From the NCBI GenBank assembly GCA_946182865.1, contig CAMHAV010000002.1:744-64743 (forward strand): a stretch of 64,000 nucleotides of DNA. The letters run 5' to 3'. A program made the translations under genes and the position numbers. This DNA comes from an uncultured Clostridia bacterium. GTDB taxonomy: Bacteria; Bacillota; Clostridia; Oscillospirales; Acutalibacteraceae. Of this stretch, positions 17,806-25,639 are shown piece by piece. The notes below the pieces were generated by a model. That model was not told the DNA's origin, did not search any database, and worked only from the letters and a program-made list of their open reading frames with translations. How positions within the stretch are numbered: the stretch's first letter is position 1; every line of letters begins with the position of its first letter.

Positions 17806-20038
17806 AATTTACGTCTCTGCGCAAAAACACGTCGAGCGCCGAGTAGCGCAGGGTTTTCTTCTGATTTCTTGCCATCTGAATGGCGACCTGTTTATGACCT
17901 ACCATAATCAAGATGGATTTGGCGCGGGTGACGGCGGTATATAACAGATTCCGGTAACAAAGCTGCGGCGCCATCGGATACATCGGAATGATGACAGCGG
18001 GAAATTCGCTCCCTTGGCTCTTGTGTACCGTAATGGCATAGGCATGCTCCAGTTCGTCCGCGTTGTCGATGGAATACAGCGCCACGCGGTCATCAAACCG
18101 CACTTTCAGCAGGCCGCGCAGCTTGTCGATTTCCTCCAGCAGCCCCACGTCGCCGTTGTAGATGCCTGTTCCCTCGGTGCCGTCGTCCTTCGTCCATTCG
18201 ACATTGTAATTGTTCTTGACCTGCATGATTTTGTCCCCCTGCCGGAAGGTCACGCCGCCCACCTTGATTTCGGGGCGTTTCTGGTGCTGGGGATTGAACC
18301 GCTGCTGCAATACTTTGTTAAGCTCCACTGTGCCAAGTTCCCCCTTGCGTCCGGGACAAAGCACCTGGATATCTTTCAGCGGGTTGAAGTTGTACGCGTC
18401 GGGCAGCCGCTTAAAGCACAGGTCGGAAATCATCTGTGAGATTTTTTCTTTTTCCCGCAGCGGCAGAAAGAAGAAGTCGTTGTCGAGCTGATCAAGCCGG
18501 GGCAGTTCGCCGCTGATAATGCGGTGGGCATTCATGATAATCGCGCTTTTCTGCGCCTGACGGAATACCTCTGTCAACGCCACCACCGGCACGCGCCCCG
18601 AAGCGATCAGATCGCCCAGCACATTGCCGGGGCCGACGCTGGGGAGCTGGTCGCTGTCCCCGACCAGCACCAGACGACAGCCGAATTTCACCGCCCGCAG
18701 CAGGCTTTGAAACAGCAGCACGTCGGTCATGGAAAGCTCGTCCACAATCAGCGCGTCGCAGTCGAGGGGATTTTTGTCGTTGCGGGCAAAGGACTGCGTG
18801 TCGTTCTCGCCCCATTCTACTTCCAACAGACGGTGAATGGTTTTGGCTTCATGCCCCGTGATTTCGGTGATGCGCTTAGCGGCACGTCCTGTGGGGGCCG
18901 CAATCGCAACCTTGTGTCCGTAGATTTCAAGAAGCTCGATAATGGCGTTGAGGGTGGTGGTTTTGCCGGTACCCGGGCCGCCCGTCAGCACCAGCAAGCC
19001 CTTGTTCATCGCCGCGTCGATCGCTTCGGTTTGCAGCGCGTCATAGGTGATGCCGGTCATGCTTTCGATCAGATCCATCTGACGCGCGTAGTTTTTGATG
19101 GGTTCGGCGGGACACATCGCCATGGTGGCAATGCGCCCGGCGCAATACAGTTCCGCTTCATAGAGATAAGGCAGGAAAATGAAGGTCTTGCCGTCCCACT
19201 CGTCCTGCATGAAATCGGTTTCATCAATGGCGGTTTCGAGCTGCTCCGCCACCGCGTCTCGCGGGAGGTCGAGCAAGCCCGCCGCCACGTCGATAAGTTT
19301 TTCCTTGGGCAGACAGGTGTGACCGTTGCCTAAATTGTGCTGAAGCACATAGTACAGTCCCGCTATAATACGTCGCCCGCTGTCGGGGGCTTTTTCCAGC
19401 TCCATAGCCATCGCGTCCACCCGTTCAAAGCCGATATTCAGCCCCTCGGCGCACAGCACATAGGGATCGTCCTGAATGAGTTCAATGCAGCCCACACCGA
19501 ATCGCTTCCAGACGGAAAGCGCCTCATTGGGATTGATATGGTACTGTCCGAGAAAGGCCATTGCTTCCCGCAGTCCGAAATGAGAGCGGAAGTCCTCGGA
19601 AATCTGCTCCGCCTTGTTTTGGGAAATGCCACGGATCTCCGCAAGCCGGAGGGGGTGTTTTTCGATGATTTCAAGCGTGCGGTCACCGAAGGCCTCCACG
19701 ATTTTGGTGGCGGTGGAGGGGCCGATACCCTTGACCGCGCCGGAGGAAAGGTAGCGCAGAATCGCCGTCGCGCCGGAGGGCATGCGGCTTTCGCAGCTCT
19801 CCGCCGCGAACTGCCGCCCAAACTTCGGATGGGTCGCCCAGCGGCCGTACATTACTATTTCCTCCCCCGCGTTGACGGGAGGCAGCACGCCGACGGCAAT
19901 CACCAACTCGTCGTCCACGTCGAGTTCTACGACCGTAAAGCCGCTCTGCTCGTTGCGGAAGGTGATTTCCTCCACCGTGCCGCTGATTTTTTCCAGCGCT
20001 TTTTCCCGCGCGTTTTGTGTGTCGGACAAATCACTCAC
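17804..20038 (-). CDS. recD2: RecD2-type SF1B ATP-dependent DNA helicase
   Basis: Walker A GGPGTGKTT, LIVDELSM and the C-terminal TVHKSQGSEF. Length is about 740 aa. Confidence 0.9.
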   Translation of the reverse strand: MSDLSDTQNAREKALEKISGTVEEITFRNEQSGFTVVELDVDDELVIAVGVLPPVNAGEEIVMYGRWATHPKFGRQFAAESCESRMPSGATAILRYLSSGAVKGIGPSTATKIVEAFGDRTLEIIEKHPLRLAEIRGISQNKAEQISEDFRSHFGLREAMAFLGQYHINPNEALSVWKRFGVGCIELIQDDPYVLCAEGLNIGFERVDAMAMELEKAPDSGRRIIAGLYYVLQHNLGNGHTCLPKEKLIDVAAGLLDLPRDAVAEQLETAIDETDFMQDEWDGKTFIFLPYLYEAELYCAGRIATMAMCPAEPIKNYARQMDLIESMTGITYDALQTEAIDAAMNKGLLVLTGGPGTGKTTTLNAIIELLEIYGHKVAIAAPTGRAAKRITEITGHEAKTIHRLLEVEWGENDTQSFARNDKNPLDCDALIVDELSMTDVLLFQSLLRAVKFGCRLVLVGDSDQLPSVGPGNVLGDLIASGRVPVVALTEVFRQAQKSAIIMNAHRIISGELPRLDQLDNDFFFLPLREKEKISQMISDLCFKRLPDAYNFNPLKDIQVLCPGRKGELGTVELNKVLQQRFNPQHQKRPEIKVGGVTFRQGDKIMQVKNNYNVEWTKDDGTEGTGIYNGDVGLLEEIDKLRGLLKVRFDDRVALYSIDNADELEHAYAITVHKSQGSEFPAVIIPMYPMAPQLCYRNLLYTAVTRAKSILIMVGHKQVAIQMARNQKKTLRYSALDVFLRRDVN

Positions 20039-20302
20039 CTCCCGCCCGATTTTGATTTGCCTTGAAAAACTTGGTAAAACAGGGAAATTATTTCGTACCT
20101 TATATTATAAACCATTGTCATCCAAATGCCAATAGGATTTTGGGAGATTTTTTATCATACAAAAACGTTCCCGACACATGGATGCAAAAGGTAACACAAC
20201 ATATTTCAAAAATAATACAATTGGTTACAGATTAACAAATTGCTTGACTTTGCCATAGACAAAAGCCTATACTATGCTCAATGGTGAATTTGTGAGTTTT
20301 AT

Positions 20303-21388
20303 ATGAAAGGATTGTATATCATGGCAAAGAAAAAGACAATATTAAAAATCGCGGCGGCTTCGGTCGCGGGGCTGCTGCTAACGGGAAGTCTGGCGGTATC
20401 GAGTCTGACGCTTTACAATCAGTTGCAGGTCACGCACGCCTTTCAGAAGCTGATGGGCAACGTGGAAGACCCCGCGCAGGAGGACAATGTGCTGATCGGG
20501 GACAATTACGCCGTCAAATCCACCACACAGATTTCCGACGCGTACCGCTCCGGCGACGTCTCCCAGCTCAGCAGCCGTGACAAAGAAACCCTTGATATGG
20601 CCAAGGAAGTCCTCGATAAGATCATCAAGGACGACATGACGGATTATCAGAAAGAGATCGCCGTCTATCAATACCTGACCGCCGATCTCACCGGCACCAA
20701 GGGCATTCTCACGGTCATCAACAACGGCAACGACGAAAATTACGAGCCGCACGACGTTTTGAAAAACCACAGCGCGGTCTGTGTGGGATATGCGACCACC
20801 TTCCGTCTCTTTATGCAAATGCTCGGCATTGACTGCATGGTGGTTCACAGCAGCGACCTCACACACACATGGAATCTTGTCAAGCTCGACGACGGCTGCT
20901 GGTATCATACCGACTGCTACATGGATTCCACTACCGCCAACTTTATGAACTTCAACATGGATGACAGAACCGCACTTCAGACACATGGCTGGAACCGCGA
21001 TTTCTTCCCCGCCGCAAACGGCAAAAAATACAACTACATGCTCTCGGTCTGCGAGGAACTCGGTAACCTCTATGATGTTCCCAAGTGGGTCATGGAATCC
21101 ATCAAAGCCAAGAAAACTGCGGTGAGCTGCACTTTCAAAACCCCCATCGGAGAGAAAGACGTCAATCTCGCCAAGTATATGGCCGAGGCGGTGCAGGAAC
21201 AGCTCGAAAGCACCGGCCGCCTCTTTGCGCAGTACCAGTGGATCCTCAACGATGAAGGACAATATGTTCTCTGCTACTACTTCCAATACGATAGCAACGA
21301 GATTGATCTCGATGAAAAGACGCGCAACAAGGTGGATGACAAAATTTACTCTGTCTTTGACAAGTACGATTTTTACAGCATGGATTAA
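20303..21388 (+). CDS. membrane-anchored transglutaminase-like cysteine protease-fold protein
   Basis: N-terminal TM helix and a Cys-His-Asp core (AVCVGYATTF ... HTWNLVKLDDGCWYHTD). An alternative start is at 20321. Confidence 0.75.
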   Translation: MKGLYIMAKKKTILKIAAASVAGLLLTGSLAVSSLTLYNQLQVTHAFQKLMGNVEDPAQEDNVLIGDNYAVKSTTQISDAYRSGDVSQLSSRDKETLDMAKEVLDKIIKDDMTDYQKEIAVYQYLTADLTGTKGILTVINNGNDENYEPHDVLKNHSAVCVGYATTFRLFMQMLGIDCMVVHSSDLTHTWNLVKLDDGCWYHTDCYMDSTTANFMNFNMDDRTALQTHGWNRDFFPAANGKKYNYMLSVCEELGNLYDVPKWVMESIKAKKTAVSCTFKTPIGEKDVNLAKYMAEAVQEQLESTGRLFAQYQWILNDEGQYVLCYYFQYDSNEIDLDEKTRNKVDDKIYSVFDKYDFYSMD

Positions 21389-21414
21389 TCCGTGAGGAAA
21401 AGGAACGTGAGAAC

Positions 21415-21933
21415 ATGAAAAAAAGGGCATTGGTGCATTCGGTCAAAGGCGCGGCGGCATTTGCCGTGACGGTGCTTCTGCTGTGTCTGCCGCTGGCTTC
21501 GTGCGGCGAAAAGCCCGCCGATATCGACATGTACGATCTATGCAAGACCATGAGCGGCGCGTCCGACAAATGGCAGGAGATGAAATACGCCAGCAGCGAG
21601 GACAATGCCCCCGCCGAACTGCTTGAAAACATTTCGGATATGGATTACGCCAAGGTCAACGCTTTCTTTATTTACTACGCCGCCGAAGGGGCAGGCAATG
21701 CCGACGAAATCGCCGTCATTCAGGTCAAAAACAAAGCCGATCTGACCGAGGCGGCCGACTCGCTGACGGCACATCTCAATAAGCGCAAATCGCTGTATGC
21801 CACCTATGACCGCAGCCAGCTCGCCAAGCTCGAAAAAGGCAGAGTCATCACCAAAAACGGCATAGCCGCGCTCATCGTTGCGGACGACGCCGATCAGATC
21901 GAAGATATCTTTTTCCAAGCCGTTAGCCGTTGA
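21415..21933 (+). CDS. DUF4358-like lipoprotein
   Basis: Lipobox LPLASCG. The pattern ...EIAVIQVKNKADL...AALIVADDADQIEDIF matches my memory of DUF4358. Confidence 0.6.
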   Translation: MKKRALVHSVKGAAAFAVTVLLLCLPLASCGEKPADIDMYDLCKTMSGASDKWQEMKYASSEDNAPAELLENISDMDYAKVNAFFIYYAAEGAGNADEIAVIQVKNKADLTEAADSLTAHLNKRKSLYATYDRSQLAKLEKGRVITKNGIAALIVADDADQIEDIFFQAVSR

Positions 21934-22009
21934 CCGTTAGCTGTTGGCCGTTAGCGGTTAGCCGTTAGCCATTGGCGGTTAGCCGTTGGCCGTTAGCCGT
22001 TGGCGTTTG
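21919..22009. repeat. heptamer array, 13 units of GCCGTTR
   Basis: Chunked by hand: GCCGTTA GCCGTTG ACCGTTA GCTGTTG GCCGTTA GCGGTTA GCCGTTA GCCATTG GCGGTTA GCCGTTG GCCGTTA GCCGTTG GCGTTTG. TT is invariant at positions 5-6. The first two units contain the last codons and the stop of the DUF4358 gene. Confidence 0.9.
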
Positions 22010-22136
22010 TGGCGAAGTACTTCCGCGTTTGCCTTGCCATTATCTGATTTTTGGGATGTCTTGCGCTTTCTTCGGCACTAACGCGACTGTCACCTAAACG
22101 GTAGTATAGTAAAACCAAATGCACTTTTGTCTACAT

Positions 22137-22164
22137 GCTAACGGCTAAGCGCTAACAGCTAACC
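22137..22164. repeat. heptamer array, 4 units in inverse orientation (GCTAACG GCTAAGC GCTAACA GCTAACC)
   Basis: Reverse-complement flavour of the 21919 array, 127 bp downstream of it and about 24 nt before the MBOAT start. Confidence 0.85.
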
Positions 22165-22187
22165 GTTATAATAGGGAGGGAAAAACG

Positions 22188-23597
22188 TTGGTTTTCAGCA
22201 GTGCGGTGTTTCTTCTGGCGTTTTTGCCGATCGTGCTGTCGGTGTATTATATGATCCCTGTCCGGCTGAAAAATCCCATGCTCCTGCTGGCCAGCCTGAT
22301 TTTCTACGCATGGGGAGAACCGGTATATGTTCTCATCATGCTCTTCTCCACCGTATTCGATTACGGCAACGGTCTGATGCTGGAACATCTCGACCGCACA
22401 GGGCAGCCTCATCGGCGCAAGTGGGTGCTGGCGCTGTCAGTCGCGGTCAATCTGGGACTGCTCGGCTTCTTCAAGTACACTGACTTTCTGCTCGGCAGTC
22501 TGAATGCCTTGTTTGGCACGGGATTTGCGCCGCTGCGCCTGCCTTTGCCCATCGGCATTTCCTTTTATACCTTTCAGACCCTTTCTTACACCATCGACGT
22601 GTACCGCCGCGAAATACCCGCGCAGCGCCGCCTGGTGGACTTCGGCATGTATGTGTGCCTGTTTCCCCAGTTGATCGCGGGGCCCATTGTCAGATACCGC
22701 GATATTGCGTCGCAGATTGGCGTTAGGGAGATCGGCGCGGACAAGGCCTGCGCAGGCATCTTCCGCTTTGTGCAGGGACTTGCCAAAAAGGTGCTGCTGG
22801 CCAATTCTTTCGGCGCGCTCTGGGATGAAATATCGGCGCAGGACGGAGAACGGGCAGCGCTGACTGCCTTTCTGGGCGCGGCGGCGTATATGCTGCAAAT
22901 CTACTTCGATTTTTCGGGCTACTCCGATATGGCCATCGGCACCGGGAAAATGCTGGGCTTCGACTTCCCCGAAAACTTCAACTACCCTTATGAATCGCGC
23001 AGCGTCACCGAATTCTGGCGGCGCTGGCATATCTCGCTCGGCACATGGTTCCGCGAATACCTCTACATACCGCTGGGCGGCAGCCGCCGGGGTTTTGCGC
23101 GGCAGATACGCAATCTGCTGATCGTCTGGCTGCTCACGGGACTGTGGCACGGCGCGGGCTGGCAGTTTGCCGTGTGGGGACTGTATTTCTTCGCGCTGCT
23201 GGTGCTGGAAAAGCGCTTTCTGCTGCGCCGGCTGGAGCGGCTTCCCGCCGCGGTTTCCCATATTTACACGCTGCTGGCGGTGCTTCTGTCGTGGGTGATC
23301 TTTGCCTGTGACGATCTGGGAAGCGCCTGGCGTTATCTCTTATCCCTGTTTGGGGCAAACGGACTGGCCAATGCCGCCTCTTGGTATTACTTTCGCGCCC
23401 ATGCGCTGCCCCTGCTGATCGGCGCTTTTCTGTCGGTGAGTGCCGTTAAAACGATTTGGCGGCGTTTCCTTTACAGACGCCCCGTCGAAAAACATGCGTT
23501 CGCTGTCAAAACATGCGTTGCTGCGGCGCTGTATGTGGTATCGCTGCTCGCGGTGATCAACGGCGGCTACAATCCTTTTTTGTATTTCAGATTTTAA
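22188..23597 (+). CDS. MBOAT-family membrane O-acyltransferase (AlgI/DltB-like)
   Basis: Polytopic, with the conserved-His motif FWRRWHISLGTWFREYLYIPLGG. TTG start with GGGAGGG upstream. Confidence 0.9.
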   Translation: MVFSSAVFLLAFLPIVLSVYYMIPVRLKNPMLLLASLIFYAWGEPVYVLIMLFSTVFDYGNGLMLEHLDRTGQPHRRKWVLALSVAVNLGLLGFFKYTDFLLGSLNALFGTGFAPLRLPLPIGISFYTFQTLSYTIDVYRREIPAQRRLVDFGMYVCLFPQLIAGPIVRYRDIASQIGVREIGADKACAGIFRFVQGLAKKVLLANSFGALWDEISAQDGERAALTAFLGAAAYMLQIYFDFSGYSDMAIGTGKMLGFDFPENFNYPYESRSVTEFWRRWHISLGTWFREYLYIPLGGSRRGFARQIRNLLIVWLLTGLWHGAGWQFAVWGLYFFALLVLEKRFLLRRLERLPAAVSHIYTLLAVLLSWVIFACDDLGSAWRYLLSLFGANGLANAASWYYFRAHALPLLIGAFLSVSAVKTIWRRFLYRRPVEKHAFAVKTCVAAALYVVSLLAVINGGYNPFLYFRF

Positions 23598-23612
23598 TGG
23601 GGGGAGCGCTTT

Positions 23613-24692
23613 ATGAAACGTCTCACCGTTTCCAAAACCGTTATCGCGGGCTTTCTCCTGCTGCCGCTGCTGCTGTTGACGGTCATTCTGTTCCGGCCGG
23701 ATCAGACCGTCTCGGTCATTGAAAACCGTACTCTCACGACCAAAGATAATCTTGACACGAACATTCTTGGCGGTGACTTTCAGGACAGTCTGGAGCAATA
23801 TCTCTGCGATCAGTTTCCCCTGCGCGGACGCATCAAGCAGGCAGAGACAGAAGGCAAACTGCTGCTTGGCATGCGTGAATCGGGCGGCGCTTATATCGGA
23901 AAAGAGTACCGTCTCTTTCAAAAGCTTCCCCAAGCGGAGATCGACAAGGCGGCGTGCGAAAAATATGCCCGCAGGGTCAACCGCCTGGCCGAAAAGACAG
24001 AACTGCCCCTGTATGTGATGTATGTTCCCTCGTCCGGCATTGCTTTGAACGACCTGCTGCCGGAAGGCGCACCCATGTACGATTACGAAGATTTGTATGC
24101 GGCACTTTCCGCACAGCTTCCGTCTGCCGGAATGATTGAACTGCTGCCCGTGCTGTCGGGGCAAGCAGCCTGTTACTATGCCACCGACCACCACTGGACG
24201 GCGCTCGGCGCGTATCGCGCCTATCAGGCGTGGTGTGAGGCACACGGCACGGAGCCGTCTGTCAGCGAAAGCGACCTGGTGCCTGTGACCCATTCCTTTC
24301 GAGGCACGCTCTATTCCCGCGTGCCGTCGGGCAAAATCCCCTGCGACACGATCAGCGCCCCGCCGCTCGATACGGCGCTGGTTGTCGAAGCAGACGGCAG
24401 GGAGATCGGTTTATACGACCCGGCCGCGTTGAAAACAAAGGATAAATACAACTATTTTCAAGGCGGCAATCACGGCACAGTGATTGTTACCAATCCTCAT
24501 GCCGCATCGGACAAGACGCTGTTGCTGCTCAAGGATTCTTTTGCCAACAGCCTGCTTCCTTATCTTGCAGAAGATTATGCAAAAATTGCCATGCTGGACG
24601 AACGCTATGCCTTTGTAGAACCGTCCGAACTGGCGGAAATGATCGGAGCGGATGAAATCGCCGTTGTCAGGGAATTGATTTCCGTGCCGTAA
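23613..24692 (+). CDS. DHHW-family protein (AlgX/AlgJ-like SGNH partner of MBOAT)
   Basis: N-terminal TM helix and the name-giving motif YYATDHHWT. Confidence 0.8.
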   Translation: MKRLTVSKTVIAGFLLLPLLLLTVILFRPDQTVSVIENRTLTTKDNLDTNILGGDFQDSLEQYLCDQFPLRGRIKQAETEGKLLLGMRESGGAYIGKEYRLFQKLPQAEIDKAACEKYARRVNRLAEKTELPLYVMYVPSSGIALNDLLPEGAPMYDYEDLYAALSAQLPSAGMIELLPVLSGQAACYYATDHHWTALGAYRAYQAWCEAHGTEPSVSESDLVPVTHSFRGTLYSRVPSGKIPCDTISAPPLDTALVVEADGREIGLYDPAALKTKDKYNYFQGGNHGTVIVTNPHAASDKTLLLLKDSFANSLLPYLAEDYAKIAMLDERYAFVEPSELAEMIGADEIAVVRELISVP

Positions 24693-24791
24693 GATGATTT
24701 TGTGGTTATTCCCGTAGATATAATAATGTCAGTTGTAATTCGCATGAGCGGATATCTTTGAGAAAATGCACCGGAAGGAGGTGGCAAGAGC

Positions 24792-25238
24792 TTGAAGCAA
24801 TATCATTTTTACGGATGGCAGACCGCCGATATACGCAATGCCGACGGACTCACCCCGTGTGATTTGTATGATCTGCTGCGTAACGTCTGGTGCGAATACA
24901 CCTGCGCACCGCGGCTGCGTGACAAATGGAGCGAGGATTGCCCGACGGTGGGGCAATGTTCCATCACGGCGTTTTTGGTGCAGGATCTGTTTGGAGGAAA
25001 GGTCTACGGTGTGACCACAGCGAGTGGAAACATACATTGCTACAACGTGGTCGACGGCTGCACCTTTGACTTGACCAGCGAGCAGTTTCCCAATGAAACG
25101 CTGGTATATGAGAACAATCCCGAACAGTTTCGAGAAGATCATTTCAGCAAGGAAGAAAAGAAGCTCCGATATGAATATTTAAAACGCGAGCTGGCAAAAA
25201 AAATAAACAAACCGAAAACCCCCGTTTCGCGCGGGTGA
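24792..25238 (+). CDS. YunG-like small cytoplasmic protein
   Basis: GQCSITAFLVQDLFGGKVYG...FDLTSEQF resembles the B. subtilis YunG family. TTG start. Confidence 0.5.
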   Translation: MKQYHFYGWQTADIRNADGLTPCDLYDLLRNVWCEYTCAPRLRDKWSEDCPTVGQCSITAFLVQDLFGGKVYGVTTASGNIHCYNVVDGCTFDLTSEQFPNETLVYENNPEQFREDHFSKEEKKLRYEYLKRELAKKINKPKTPVSRG

Positions 25239-25246
25239 ATCAAAAA

Positions 25247-25301
25247 GCCCCTATATATTTGACAATGAAAAAGTCATTGTCAAATATATAGGGGGCATTT
25301 T
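25247..25301 (+). terminator. perfect 22-bp hairpin plus T-tract
   Basis: GCCCCTATATATTTGACAATGA (25247-25268) pairs perfectly with TCATTGTCAAATATATAGGGGC (25274-25295), with a 5-nt loop, followed by ATTTTTA. Confidence 0.75.
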
Positions 25302-25525
25302 TATGTCAAGAAAGAAGAAGCTAACGGAAGAAAATGAGAAATTATACTAATTGTCTACTTTCAATCGACAATTAGTATTAGCCGAAGTAATAGAGAAAAC
25401 ACACGAAGAAAGCCATGACAAAGGCTATCGAAGAATGAAGGATGATTTGGAACATGACCACGGAATACATGTGAACGACACCCGAGTGTTGCGTATATGC
25501 CGTAAAAAGGGTATCAAATCCGACG
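25301..25525 (+). mobile_element. IS3-family transposase remnant (OrfA tail plus N-terminal OrfB fragment), non-functional
   Basis: MSRKKKLTEENEKLY-stop, then ...HDKGYRRMKDDLEHDHGIHVNDTRVLRICRKKGIKS, which matches the GYRRI...VN.KRV.RLMR..GL region of IS3 OrfB. There is no DDE domain. Confidence 0.6.
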
Positions 25526-25570
25526 TGAGAAAAACAACCAGAAATCCGATTTTTCGAACCTCTGGTTGTT
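25525..25570 (-). terminator. intrinsic terminator of the EF-G-like gene
   Basis: AACAACCAGA (25533-25542) pairs perfectly with TCTGGTTGTT (25561-25570). TTTTTCTC follows on the minus strand. Confidence 0.65.
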
Positions 25571-25639
25571 AAGTTTCTTTTGATTATTTCATTGTTCTCT
25601 TGATGGGGCGCACATCAGGTTTGTCAGGGGTGATTTGTA

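Noticed and set aside
21919-22009. Heptamer arrays as CRISPR or as protein-coding tandem repeats
   Set aside because: A 7-nt period with no spacers is incompatible with CRISPR, and no cas genes are present. A period not divisible by 3 would give a 21-nt (7-aa) protein periodicity. However, the arrays are mostly intergenic and only clip the last codons of the upstream genes.
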